Position numbers and translations under genes: made by a program. Below the pieces are notes generated by a model. It was not told where the DNA came from, did not search any database, and was given only the letters and a program-made list of their open reading frames with translations. Shown one piece after another: positions 42,598 to 57,237 of a stretch of 64,000 bases of DNA. The DNA is taken from contig OX597831.1 of NCBI GenBank assembly GCA_951406725.2, forward strand, positions 37,944,001 to 38,008,000, written 5' to 3'. Position 1 is the first letter of the stretch. Every line of letters starts with the position of its first letter. Source of the stretch: Octopus vulgaris (taxonomy: Eukaryota).

Positions 42598-42717
42598 CGT
42601 CGACGTGGAGCTTAGGTGTTTCGCTCATAAACACACACATCGCCCGGTCTGAGATTCGAACCTGCGATCACTCGACTGGGAGTCCGCTGCTCTAACCACT
42701 AGGCCATGTGCCTCCAC
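42598..42717 (-). mobile_element. SINE family C head, inverted relative to 41603
   Basis: Reverse complement of GTGGAGGCACATGGCCTAGTGGTTAGAGCAGCGGACTC..GGTTCGAATCTCAGACCGGGCG. Confidence 0.8.
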
Positions 42718-43525
42718 ATAATAAACATTATCACCATTAACCCTATGTCTAGCACATCTAACGTCCTTGTATTGACAAGCCACAGCAGCTACGTAGTCAA
42801 TGTGAAAACAATGTTTATTGACTAGAAGTAGGGTTTCCTTGAAAACAGCAAATAAATAAATATATAAGTCATTCATGTGGTAAGAAAGAAGTATGAACTG
42901 TACAAATGATTCATGAGATCATGCAATTTACAAACACATGGAACTGAATGCAAAAGTGAACAGGGAATGGAGAAAAGAATTGGAACTGACCATTCTAACT
43001 CAAGTACAGAAATGATTGAAGTTGTAGAATTTAGTCTGGATACAGCCATCTCTTCATACGATTTGGGGCAGTGTGAGCAGACTTCTCTCAAAAGTATATG
43101 TTAGAAAGCATTTTATTCTACAATGCAGTACCAAGGATTTAATGTTATTTTCATATACATGATCCCTAATGGCAGCGAGATGGAAAAGCAGGTATGTTCC
43201 ACTAGTGATCGATATGTCAGGTAGACAACGGTAGCCATTGTACTGAAAGATACGTGAAAGCAATCTTCGATGTAAAGTGGGTTCATAAAAAATTGGTTTT
43301 GAGTCGGCCAGAAAGACCTGCTCGAGAAAAATAAAAATGTAAAATTCTGGTAAAGATAACCGATGAGATAGACCAACATAATACTAATATTTGGAAGTGT
43401 TTAGGAAAATTAATCTGTAAAATGAACTAGTCTTATGGTGTGACATCAACTAATCCCAGGGTGTTGTATTTGTTGACGCTAGATGTAGATGCAGAAATAT
43501 CACATATGTTTGGAAAAGCACTACA

Positions 43526-43567
<42 letters not shown>

Positions 43568-43917
43568 ACAGTGTTATAACATTTGGAAGACAACTGATCC
43601 ATGAAATCAGTATCCGTTTGTTTGATATCATAGTGAGTAGAGGACCCAAGTGCCATAAAAACTGCAACACTTATAATTTAAATGTCTTCTGCTAAATCTA
43701 AACTGCAAAAATCTGTAATACTGTTTAATATCAGAAGGATTCGCTGTTCCTGTCCATCAAGAAGAAGTTTTATACAGATAAGGAGGTGGGACACTAACGA
43801 GTTTTCGTAATGTCGATTTTGGTAGCGTCCATCAGTCACACCAAAGAGTGACATAGAGGAGCTGTCATCGGTTCTAGTTTTCAAAGTACTGCTTAGATCG
43901 AACTACTTTATCTACAA

Positions 43918-44319
43918 CTAGCAGTATCGCCCGGCGTTGCTCGGGTTTGTAAGGGAAATAACTATATAATCATTTTTAGAGAGTTATAGCCAAAAAATAG
44001 CAAAAAAAATGCATTAAAAACGGAAAAAAAATTATGGTAATTTTTTTTGTAAATCGTTGACTCATTGTAGACATTTTAGAGAGTTACTTCCCTTATATAA
44101 TAGCGAGAAAATGCATTAAAATGGAAAAAAATTATGGTAAATTATTTTAAAAATCGTAGACTCATCGTAGACACGCGCTAATACCCAGAAGGGCTAGATA
44201 TGAATCACGACTATAAGATACCCAGTTTTGGTTAAACTGCACCGCAAAATGTGGGAGTAGTTAGGAATCTAAATCGTAGGAGACAGACACTCACACAACT
44301 ACAGTTTTATATATAAAGA
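43918..44319 (-). mobile_element. Non-autonomous Helitron with internal ~100-bp tandem duplication
   Basis: On the minus strand: A|TCTTTATATATAAAA start, subterminal hairpin CCCGAGCAACGCCGGG and CTAG|T end, with no TSD. Same family as 59013-59525. Confidence 0.85.
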
Positions 44320-44985
44320 TAATACATCTCTATTTCAAAACGGTTAGGACTTTGTTAAGAAAACGATCAATAGGATTTCATCGTGTGAACATGACTTCAA
44401 TCTCACTTCAGATGGGCTGTAATCGCTTGGATTGTTTTGATGGAGCGGACAGTTTTTGATTTTTGTCGATTGGCATAATTTCATAACTCCTATACGTGTA
44501 CAAATACGTTACGATTCTTTCTTTCTTCACAAGAAAAAAAGAAATAGTGGGATATATCTTTCTTAGACAAGCACACAAGGTGAAATTAACAAATACAGTA
44601 CAGAATAATTTGAGGAAAAGTTGTGTCCGTTTATCTAGCAAATCAAGAGACTGCAGAGGAGCTCCCTCACTGGCATATTTTGGATATTTCTAAGGAAATA
44701 ATCAAAGTGTGCATCCTTAAAGTGGCTACTTCTAACCGCACACAAATTGATTTGTTTAACGACAATGTATGCGTTGCCAGAGGTGAGACTTCATAACTAT
44801 TATCTAAATATCAATATCAGTCTCTGTATTGTGATTAGTTCTACAGAAATTCCTTTCGCTGGAGAAATAGAATTTGTCAAGACATCACTGTTAATTATGG
44901 ATTAGCAGAACATTTTTATAATCATCTTAAGTATTCCGAACAGATACTAAAGTTCTGTATTGAGAGATTTGCCAACAGCATCGGA

Positions 44986-44986
44986 C

Positions 44987-45064
<78 letters not shown>

Positions 45065-45089
45065 AATGATAATAATAATAATAATAATG

Positions 45090-45151
<62 letters not shown>
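44986..45151. repeat. (AAT)n tract
   Basis: Direct reading. Confidence 0.95.
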
Positions 45152-45442
45152 CACCATCAATACTATCATTCTGCCAACACCGCTGCCATACTACATAATT
45201 GAAATAATGTCATATTGGCTAACGATATCAACACAACAACTACCAACGCCATGACACTTCGCTTACAGCATCGCTGCACATTATGACAACGAAGTAACAT
45301 CCTTGCCAACGGTTGCAGTACCAAAGACCCGTTTCCTAGTATCAATTAGCGTTGTCATCCAACCATCACCAGAATCACACTTCGCCAGTGCCGTTGTTAC
45401 GCGTTACCAACAGCGCAAAGTCATCTGTGCAACAACAACAGA

Positions 45443-45630
45443 GTGGAGGCGCAATCGCACAGAGGTTAGGGCAGCGGACTCGCGGTCGTAAGAACGTGGT
45501 TTCGATTCCTAGACCGGGTATTGTGAGTGTTTATTTAGCAAAAATACCTAAGCACCACGAGGCTCCGGCGGGGGTGAACCCCGCTTTACTTTTTCACCAC
45601 AACTTTCTCTCACTCTTTGTTCCTACTTCT
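45443..45630 (+). mobile_element. SINE family C 5' half
   Basis: Matches 41603-41800. Confidence 0.8.
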
Positions 45631-45913
45631 GCCACAAAGCCGAGGAACCATGGTGTAACCCACTATGGTGTGGTAAACTTTCAGACGCTAGTCTAGATTG
45701 GGAATCCTCCGTACCCCAGGATTGTTTAGCTCTCCATCCGTTAAAAGCCACCGTTTCCAGAATGAGGATAAAAACATAGCTTTTGCGCCCGTGCAACCGC
45801 CAGTCTATCGCATGTGGTGGGTGGATCTTCATGTGCCACACGCATTCTTAGTAGCTTAGAGTAGGCTCGAATTAGAGATTATTCTTTGTGGCTAATGGCG
45901 CGAGCCCTGATTG

Positions 45914-45983
45914 GAAGAAGAAGAAGAAGAAGAAGAAGAAGAAGAAGAAGAAGAAGAAGAAGAAGAAGAAGAAGAAGAAGAAG

Positions 45984-46014
<31 letters not shown>

Positions 46015-46072
46015 ACAACAAGAAGAAGAACAAGAACAAGAAGAAGAACAAGAAGAACAAGAACAAGAAAAC
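45914..46072. repeat. (GAA)n-(CAA)n compound trinucleotide tract
   Basis: Direct reading. Confidence 0.95.
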
Positions 46073-46476
46073 AGTAGAAATATCACAACCACAGATATTA
46101 CAAATACTAAGACCAAAATCTTCAGCAACATCATAACCATCAGTTCAGCAGTCCACTCGCTAAACATTATCTTTGTCAAGAGCTACGGGGATATAATGCA
46201 TGGCTACTATCAATAATAGCATTGCAACATCACGAGAATCCATTCTATCACTTCGCCAGCTTCGATACCATACACACTACAACCAGCACAACACCATCTC
46301 TGCAACTACAGCAGCCTCACCATCACAAACACTACTGCCATCACAACTATCACTACCACCACTATTTTTGTTCCCGGATTGATTGCTAGACGCCAATGCA
46401 ACATCATCATTACTGCCATACTTGCTCCAGCTACAACACTACATTCCTAACATGACGAATATTGCATCCATCACTT

Positions 46477-46775
46477 GGAGTGGCTGTGCGAAAGTCGTTT
46501 GCTTCCTAACCTCCTTATTCCAAGTTCAGTCTCATAGCGTGGCTCTTTGGGCAACGGTCTTCTACTATAAACGGAGGAACGATCAAAGCTTTGTGAGTGA
46601 AGTTAGTAGACATGAACTGTTGATTTGGTTACGTCTCCGTAACGCAAGTGTTCGGCAACAGTAAGTACCAGGCGCTAAAATATGTACTGGTGTTGACTCG
46701 TTCGACTAAAATATCCTTCAAAGTAGTTCGCCTGCATGGCCGGAGTCTAATGACTGAAGCAAGTGAAAGATAGAA
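46477..46775 (+). mobile_element. Degenerate SINE family B copy
   Basis: GGAGTGGCTGTG, TTGGGCAA..GTCTTCTACTATA, GCATGGCCG.AGTCTAATGACTGAA. Confidence 0.65.
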
Positions 46776-47912
46776 AACATAAACGACTACTACTATATCA
46801 TTTGATTATGAGCAATTATTATTTGGATTCATAAATATTGCGCCTTTCTGTATGATATTGTTGTGTATGTCTTTTTCCCCGTCATCATTTGTTTGCACAT
46901 TCCTGTGCTCAGACATAGGATAACATTCCATCTATCAAAACCGCATCTTTCTTTCTCTTTTTATTTTATAAATATAGAATTAGGCCATATTATGAATTAT
47001 TAACTTTCCTGTATTTTGCTTTTTTTATGACGTCATGTTGTGTATATAAGGACACTTCTATTTAAATAAACATATTTTGGTTTCTTAGCTAAGTCGTTGT
47101 TCTTGTTTTCGTTAATTCTGAAGTGTTGCTAATGGTAGAATGTCGTTGCTAGGGATTATCGGTGGCGGCATTTAATCCAACTTATAATCAAGTGTTTTTC
47201 TAACTGAGAACCTATTTGCGTTTCCTTTTCGATACATAGTAAATCCAAGATTTTAAGACAGTAGCAAAGAGGCGTTTGAAAGAGAAAGAAATCCACTGCC
47301 ATTCCTGCTATATCTAGTAGTGTTATAGAAGCCTTTTGATTCATTTGTAAACGCTTTAGTTATTGGTGTTGTTGATGAGCTACAAGTCGACTTTGGTCCA
47401 GCTTACCTACATTCAAAGATGTTCAAATGAAGACGATTCACAGATATTAAATGGGTACTCTTTCTAAAAGATTCACTAAATTGAGTCTCCCTGTTTGGCC
47501 TCAGGGTCTATCATACGCTGCTCATTTCAGATTTTATTTGATGAGTAATAAAGATATTACATAAACAAGTCAAAATTATTCCAGTTGAAATTTAATTATA
47601 AAAACCGAAGAAAATATTGCAGATTTTCTAAAACAGGTTTTTAAGTTGCAAACGAGTATATGAAAACATCTTCAAACTTCAAAATATATCATATGTCGAT
47701 TTCGTATAGTAAACGTTAAATATCCCCAAACATTAAGTGTTAAACTGGTATTTCAAACTTTATTGGTATTGACAAACCAGCAACTAAACTAGAACTTTTC
47801 TCAGAGGTTTGGTAAACTAGAACTGTAAAACTAATAATAAATGATACATTTTGAGGGCCTTGTTCATTCGATTAAATTAATACGACTGCTGAGATGGTAT
47901 TTTATTGTATAA

Positions 47913-48329
47913 AAGGCGGCGAGCTGGCTGAAACGTTTGCACGCCGGGCAAAATGCTCAGCGGTATTTCGTCTGTCGTTACGTTGAGAGTTCAAATTCCG
48001 CCGATGTCGACTTTGCCTTTCATCCTTTCGGGGTCGATGAAATTAAGTACCAGTTACGCCCTGGGGTAGATGTAATCGACTTAAAACCTATGTATGTCCT
48101 TGTTTGTCCCGTCTGTGTTTAGCCCCTTGTGGGTAATAAAGAAATAGGTATTTCGTCTGCTCTTACGTTGTGAGTTCAAATTCCGCCGAGGTCGACTTTG
48201 CCTTTCATACTTTCGGGGTCGATAAATTAAGTACCAGTTACGCACTAGGGTCTATATAGTCGACTAATACCTATGTCTGTCCATGTTTGTCCCCGCTATG
48301 CTTAGACCCTTGTGGGTAATAAAGAAATA
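47913..48329 (+). mobile_element. Dimeric SINE family A insertion with ~17-19-bp TSD
   Basis: Head plus two units (junction at 48147). Flanks are GGTATTTTATTGTATAAAA (47896-47914) and GGTATTTTGTTTTATAAAA (48330-48348). Confidence 0.9.
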
Positions 48330-48897
48330 GGTATTTTGTTTTATAAAAACTAGAAGGATAGAAAGATAAACTGCGTTGTATGTGATGTAAATGCTGAACA
48401 CTGAATAACTGCATGTAAATTCTATAAGAGCGAAGCTCCAACGATGTTTTAGCTATCGCACTTCCGTAGCTACGCATCTAGTGTGTGTGTGTGTGTGTGT
48501 GTGTGTGGTCAATAGATGAGATCCAGAGAATTTCAGTGTAAAAAAAGCATTACTAGTACTCAAAGTATTTACACTTAGATTCCGAAGACTTTATGAGGGA
48601 CCAAATCCATGGTGTAAAGGGTGCCTAGAAGAGGAAGCAAGTTGCTCAAATAGAGAGGTAAGTATGCAGACCAACAAATTAAGTATAAAGGCTTAGGTTT
48701 TGGTATAGAAAATATGTATATATGTATACATACTTTCTCTCGTTTTGCATATATATATACAAGTATAAACACAGCAAAATTACCATCGCTCTCTCTCTCT
48801 ATCTCTTTCTCTCTCTACACACACATATATGTATATATTTATATGTATGTATGTATGTATGTATATGTATGTATATATATGTACATATATATATACA

Positions 48898-48980
<83 letters not shown>

Positions 48981-49385
48981 ACACACACAAAGCAAAAGTT
49001 ACAAACCTCATCGAAGGAAAGTAAAACCCTATGAAGGTACTTATACAAAGAATGTTGAACATTACAGTTAATACCCAAGCGCAATGTAACTGTATAAACC
49101 GTTGTTTAAATATATATATATATTTATTATAAAAAGATTAGAAAATAGAGAAGTAATTTATACATTATTATTTATAAATTAAAAGAATTGACAAAGTTTG
49201 TTATGAAAATTTTTTAAAATATTTGAAAGTCGAAATATGTTGAGATTCGACTTTTAAATAATTCAGGTGCATTGTTTAATTTGCTTTCTGAAGGTCTAGA
49301 ACTGAAACAGCTGTAAGGGATGAGCGTCGATTTTGCAATTAATAAATAATAATTCATTATATTGTCTTACATACATACATACATT

Positions 49386-49420
<35 letters not shown>

Positions 49421-50113
49421 GTATGTATGGATGTATGTATGTATATATATATATAATGTAAACTTCATTAAATCCATTAAGATAAGCTTAGCTTTTGTGC
49501 ACAAACATAAACTAAAACAGGGTTCTCTCCTCGTATAGCGTAGATCTTTTACAAATAAATTAGTGATTGAGAAAGCGCCGAGCAGCCAATTGCTGAGGAC
49601 TTATTATGATTGGTGAAACTACGTATGATGGATGACATGATTACTGACAAGAGGCCTTCCTGAATTTTTGTAAATATGTTAAGCTATTAGGGATTGCAAT
49701 AATTCTAATATTGCACAGAACTGTTAGACACGGTGAAATGATTCATATATGAGACGTGCAAGATTGAATGTTCTCGCTGCATTCAAATACAGAACATTTA
49801 TCCATATTGCACATGTGTATTATGAAAACGCACTGACAGAAACAGCAGTTGTGTTGTGCTGAATAAATCGCTAACTATGCTTCGGTGGATTGCGTTTTAC
49901 GATCAGGGGTCCAATTCTGAGTTATATGTTGATATCAATTGAACCTATCAATTTCCATTTGAACATGCGAGCTCAAAACGCAAACACGTATATGCACAAA
50001 CGTAGAATAAGCACACACACACACACACAACGCGGGCAGACACACTCACACACACACACACACAAACTTGCATATGTGATGTGAGCTTGCTCCTGTATAT
50101 ACGTATATAAGTG

Positions 50114-50162
<49 letters not shown>

Positions 50163-50496
50163 AAACATATATATACTTATACATGTATGCGGATATATGC
50201 ATATGTCCATATGCATATATATCTACGTATGTATATGTATATACATGTTTCAATATAAATATGTATGTACATCAATGAATAACAAAAGGATATGAATTGC
50301 TAGTCACTCATTAGCTTACGCGTGAAACTTCACGGCGAACACCCATATAAAGACAAACATACAAGCACGCACACACTCACACACATATATATCCATTTAT
50401 ATAACATATATATATGTGTTATATATATATATATATGTATATATATGTGTGTGTGTGTGTATACGGACATAGATACAGATATGTATGTAGGTATGA

Positions 50497-50544
<48 letters not shown>

Positions 50545-51472
50545 TTGTAAGTGGTAGCGAAATCACGTTGGTATTCAATAGGGACGTGACGAGGAGTGTC
50601 CCTCGATATATTTGCATGCGTTTGCGCTCCTTAACGTCTCGAAGCATGGTTACTGGCCCGTTTCATTAGTTTTATTGCTCAGGATACTGTAAGCTCTTCA
50701 TTCGCTACGTCCTGCATTGGCAAAGTTTATATTAAGTGAACGGGTATGGATTTATGCCAGAGTAAAACTGTTGGGTTAATATTTACAATTTTCCAACATG
50801 AAAACTTAGTTATGCCGCAGATATAATACAAGTACATATATATGCACTCAAACATATACATACAGACATGTTTATGTATGTATGTATGTATGTATGTATG
50901 TATGTATGTATGTATGTATGTATGTATGTATGTATGTATGTATGTATCTATCTATATGTGTCTCCCTGTGTGTATATATACGTATATATACAGAGGAAAT
51001 CATTTAAATAAAGAAATAAAAGCTTAGATTTTATTGTAAAAATTATATATACACATAAAAAGAGAAGGCAAACTTTAAATTTTCAGAAGATTAACAAACA
51101 TGTAAAACTATATATTATTTTTTTGGGCCAAATGCGTTTTTCTTCAATATTTATTTTTGCTTGCAATAGCCGGTTCGTTTTGTCAAACTATCGTATCTCC
51201 AGCTGCGTCAGATGCCAAAATATTAAAAATTGTCAAAGTGTAGTACAATGGTTTTGCTACGGAATGGTGAAACTCTCTTTTCGCTTTCTGAAAACGCAAC
51301 GGTTTGGACTTATGGCACATTTACATAACAGCAATGATATATAATTCAAATCATTTGAGTGCTATAGTGTTTTCCATATTGAGATTCTCTCACTCTCATC
51401 TGTTGTCTCTCTGTCTCTCTCTCATTCCTTCTTTTCTTTCTTCATTATGTCTTTCTTCCTGTATGTATATAA

Positions 51473-51523
<51 letters not shown>

Positions 51524-51525
51524 CA

Positions 51526-51563
<38 letters not shown>

Positions 51564-51601
51564 GTATATATATATATATATAATATATATATAGACATAT
51601 A

Positions 51602-52470
<869 letters not shown>

Positions 52471-52472
52471 TA

Positions 52473-52595
<123 letters not shown>

Positions 52596-52744
52596 TGCGG
52601 CGAGTCGTTCTCTTTTAGTTCCTTATAATTTACCACACTGACCGGTAAAATTTCTACTCATATAATTATTTAGTTTATCACAAATAACATGGTCAATAAA
52701 TAGATTAATAAATAATTAAATAAATAAGGATATTTAACATAGGA

Positions 52745-53042
52745 ATGAGTCGGGTTCACAATCATGAGGTCGTGAGTTCGATTCTCGGACCTGGTCGTGT
52801 GTTGTGTTCTTGACTAAAACACTTTATTTTAGTGTTGCTCCAGTTTAGTCAGCTGTAGAACGAGTTGCGATATCACTGGTACTAAGCTGTATCGGCCTTT
52901 ACTTTTCACTTGGGCAACGTCGGTGACTTGAAGAAAGGATATTGGTAGGCATGGGCTAATGCTTTTTTTGGCATAAACAAACTTTCCCGGAGTTGTGCCT
53001 AGGAGGAGAACTTTCTCGGTGTAATCCTATGGTCATTCATTA
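52745..53042 (+). mobile_element. tRNA-derived SINE (family D), degenerate
   Basis: GAGTTCGATTC B-box. Shares ATCACTGGTAC..CTGTATC.GCCT and GGTG.AATCC.ATGGTCATTCAT with 55682-55912. Confidence 0.6.
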
Positions 53043-53537
53043 ATACATATCTTGGATATAACGTTTTTATCAACCTGCATGGGTTTCGAACACGGAACGT
53101 TAAGAAGCTTGACTAAATATTTCATAGAATTTTCGGCATTTCTGCCATCCACCTTATTTCTGATAACAGAATATTATTAGCTATATGAGCAGAGAATGGT
53201 AGAGATTCATCATTTTAAATGGACAACAAATTTAATAAAATCAAATTAAATTAAAAATCTAATATAACAGTACGTGTTTAATATTAACCCTGTTATATAC
53301 GGACAGGCACATACGTGAGTATACCTGCGTGTGCGTTGAAATCAGTGAGTATACACACACACCCACAACCCATACATATATATGTATGTGTGTGTGTGTG
53401 TATATATATATGCATATACGTATATATACATATATATAATTCTGCGTATATATATATATATATATGTGTGTTTGTGTATAGGTATATATATATATAATTC
53501 TGCGTATATATATATATATATATGTGTGTTTGTGTAT

Positions 53538-53568
<31 letters not shown>

Positions 53569-53651
53569 GCTATATATGCATATACATTATTTATATACGT
53601 ACATATGTATGTATATATGTGTATGCATACATATATATATATATATACGTA

Positions 53652-53737
<86 letters not shown>

Positions 53738-54098
53738 TATATGTGCGTGTCTGTGTATGTGAGCGTATGTGTGTGTATCCATATGTGTGTGTCGGTGTGG
53801 CATATATATCTAAATTACACGTAAACATAAACACATAGGAATATATATATATATACATACACGCTTTTTTATATACACACATATAATTTTGTGTATGCGT
53901 ATGTATTATACGTGCGTGTGTATATGGGGGAATGAGACTGTCTGTGTTTATATTTTTGTAAGCACGTACGCAAGTAAACTGACATGAAATTTATATGTAT
54001 CTACGCCTGAATCTACGTATACACACTCACGCACGCCCACACACACATACACACAGAAAGCCAGAACCACACACACGCACACACACACACATATATAC

Positions 54099-54129
<31 letters not shown>

Positions 54130-54311
54130 TGGATCTATATTAGTATGTGAATATGAATATGAGTTTGTACGCATGAATATTCATCACATAGAAACACACA
54201 GGATTCAGTTATGAATACAAAGTGTATCTAATGAAATTTAATGCACATGTGAAGAGTTACACGCTGAACGTATGTATACGTTAGAGATTGTAACATTAAT
54301 ATGAATATATA

Positions 54312-55072
54312 TCGCGGCATAACGGGCGAAATTCTTAGCGGCATTTCATCTGTCTTTATGTTCTGAGTTCAAATTCCACTGCTGTCGATTTTGCCGTTCA
54401 TCTATTGGTGTCGATAAAACAAGTATTTTTTTGATAACTGGCGTCGTTGTAATAGAATTACCCGCTACCCCGAAGTACCCAGACTTGTTCCAAAATTTAT
54501 GAATATAAGAGACCTTGACCCGGCAGATTCGTTAGCACGCCAGGCAAAATGCTTAGCGGTATTTCGTCTGCTGTTACGTTCTGAGTTCAAATTCCACCGA
54601 GGTCGACATTGCCTTTCATCCTTTCGCGGTCGACAAATTAAGTACCAGTTACGCACTGGGGCCGATATAATCGAAATAATCATTTGTCTGTCCTTGTTTG
54701 TCATCTCTGTGTTTAGCCCCTTGTGGGTAGTAAAGAAATAGTTGTTTCGGCTGCCCCTACGGTCTGAGTTCAAATTCCGCCGAGGTCGACTATGCCTTTC
54801 ATCATTTCGGGGTCGATTAAATAAGTACCAGTTGCGCACTGGAGTCGATGTGATCGACTTAATCCGCTTGTTTGTCCTTGTTTATCCAGTCTGTGTTTAG
54901 CCCTTTGTGAGTTGTAAAGAAATAGGTATTTCGTCCGCCTTTAAGCTCTGGGTTGTAATGACGCTGGGGTTGACTTTGCCTTTCATCCTTTCAGGGTCCA
55001 TGAAATAAATAACATTTGAGCACTGGGGTCGATCTTATCGACTAAGCCCCTCCCCGATCTTACTGCCCTTGT
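54312..55072 (+). mobile_element. SINE family A cluster: one old copy plus a trimeric copy (54520-55072)
   Basis: Four GAGTTCAAATTCC/GCCTTTCATC-type units, with junctions after AAAGAAATA at ~54740 and ~54924. Confidence 0.85.
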
Positions 55073-55107
55073 TTTAATCATAGGACCTTCCGAATTTTTG
55101 TCGAGCG

Positions 55108-55149
55108 ATGTTGGGTGACAAAGACAGACACACAAGCCTATACACACAC

Positions 55150-55231
<82 letters not shown>

Positions 55232-55389
55232 GACGAGCTTCTTTCAGTTTCCGCCAACCAAAACCACTCACAAGGCTTTGGTCGGCCCGAGGCTAAAGAA
55301 GAAGACACTTGCCCAAGGTGCCAGGTAGTGGGATTGAACCCGAAACGATATGGTTGATAAGCAAGCTACTATTTAACACACAGCCACTC
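55108..55389 (-). mobile_element. SINE family B copy with internal microsatellite
   Basis: CTTCTTTCAGTTTCCG..CCACTCACAAGGCTTTGGTCGGCCCGAGGCTA..GAAGACACTTGCCCAAGGTGCCA. Confidence 0.85.
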
Positions 55390-55681
55390 GTACGCCTATT
55401 GAGTATATTCATTATTGATTTAATATATGGAGCTGTGTGTGTGTGTGTGTGTGTGTCTGTGTGTGTGTGGTTTGTTCTTGGAGAATATATTTATATTTCT
55501 TAACATATGAAGGTATTAGTAGCATTCACAGACATGTATTGAGTCCTTTAAATATATAATATTTATCATTAGATGGAGCAGTTTTTTTCTGTTGAATCTT
55601 CTATCACGGAACTGTATAGTGTGTGTGTGTGTGTCTGTATAAATGGCACCTTGTCCGTTAACTCGATGAGCGTTCTATTTG

Positions 55682-55912
55682 GTGAAGACAAATAGCTCAG
55701 TGGTTAGAGCGTAGAACTTAAGATCGTTAACTCGGCTGTAGTAATGAGTTGTGACATCACTGGTACCAACCTGTATCAGCCTCTTCCTTGGCTAACATCA
55801 GTGGTGTGGAGAGGGGAAGCTGGACTTCCACAAACAATCTTGCCCTGACTTGTGCCACGGAGGGTAACTTTCTAGGTGCAATCCCATGGTCATTCATGAC
55901 CGAAGGGGGTCT
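55682..55912 (+). mobile_element. tRNA-derived SINE (family D)
   Basis: TAGCTCAGTGGTTAGAGCG A-box head; tail shared with 52745-53042. Confidence 0.6.
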
Positions 55913-56197
55913 CCTCCTCCTCCTCCTGATCTATTTGATAGGTCGAAGTGGCTGAACACTCCACAGACACGCGTACCTTTCTCCTAGTTGTCAAGGTGAG
56001 TCAGCGTAACATAGAATTTGACAGGGTTGTCCCTTTTGAATGGCAGCTACAAATTATTTTTGCAAACAGAGCGGATTGGAGCAACGGGGAATAAAGTATC
56101 TTGCTCAAGGCCACATATCGCTCTCAGGAATCCTGCATGCGATTTTACGATCGTGGATTGAATACACTCAACACTTAGCTAGGTGTCTTCACACTTA

Positions 56198-56820
56198 TGT
56201 GTGTATGTGTTGCGTGGATGCGTGTGTGTGTTGCGTATATGTGCGTGTGTAAGTTGCGTGTGTGTGTGCTGTATGTGTGTGTTGCGTGTGTGCGAGTTGC
56301 CTCTGTGTGTGTGTGTTGCGTGTGTGCGTTGTGTGTGTTGCGGGTTTGTGTGTGTGTGGGTGTGTTGCGTGTATGTGTGTGTGTTCGTGTGTGTGTGTTG
56401 CGTGTCTTTGTGTGATGCGTGTCTTTGTGTGATCTGTGTTGCGTGTATGAGTGTGTGTTCGTGTGTGTGTGTTGCGTGTCTTTGTGTGATACGTATGTGT
56501 ATGTGTGTGTATGTTGCGTGTATGTGTGTTGCATGTGTGCGCGTTGCGTGTGAGTGTGTGTTGCTTGTATGTTGTAGTTATGTTGCGTGTATGGAGGGGT
56601 TGCGTGTGTGTGTGTGTTGCGTGAGTGTATGATTGTGTATTACGTGAGTGTTGCGCCTGTGTGTGCGTTACAAGTGTGTGGGTTGCGTATGAGTATGTTT
56701 GTGTGTGTGTGTGTTGTGTGTCTATGTGTGTATTGTGTGTGTGTGTGTATGTGTGTCTGTTGCATGTGAGTGTGTTGCGTGTCTACGCGCGCGTGCGTGT
56801 GTTTACGTGTGTGTGCATGT
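56198..56820. repeat. (GT)n tract regularly interrupted by TTGC (cryptic minisatellite)
   Basis: More than 20 occurrences of GTTGC(G) within a TG background. Confidence 0.9.
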
Positions 56821-57237
56821 AACGTATTGGCCGTCATATGACGGAGCACCTTTGGAAAAATACATTTGATTCCATGGATAATACTGGCAACATAGCATAC
56901 ATACAATAATTATAGTTTAACTTTTAGCAAACTCTTTGGTGCTTATCCAAAATGATGAAACGAACACGGATTTTCAAAAGAAAAATATTTATTAATTTCC
57001 CAATAAAATTAAAAACAAATATCTCATTTGCATAACTCCTCCCATATCTACTCTATCATTTTATTCCCTTTCGTTCTCCTCCTCCACTTGGCTTCAGCCC
57101 CTATGATTCTTTATTTCTCTTCATTCTGCACTTCTCTCTGTTTATTTTATTTCTCTATTTCCCCACCCCCTTTCTGTACGATATACATCGTGGCTACAGA
57201 ATTTAAGCAACTACCATTTGCATCAGCTACTATCATG

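Noticed and set aside
42880-43910. Possible coding remnants in complex sequence (also 27900-28500 and 13000-13900)
   Set aside because: No motif that I could assign; probably old TE debris, but unsupported without a search.
45872-46179. Poly-K/R/S/C ORFs (protamine- or metallothionein-like appearance)
   Set aside because: Pure GAA/CAA microsatellite.
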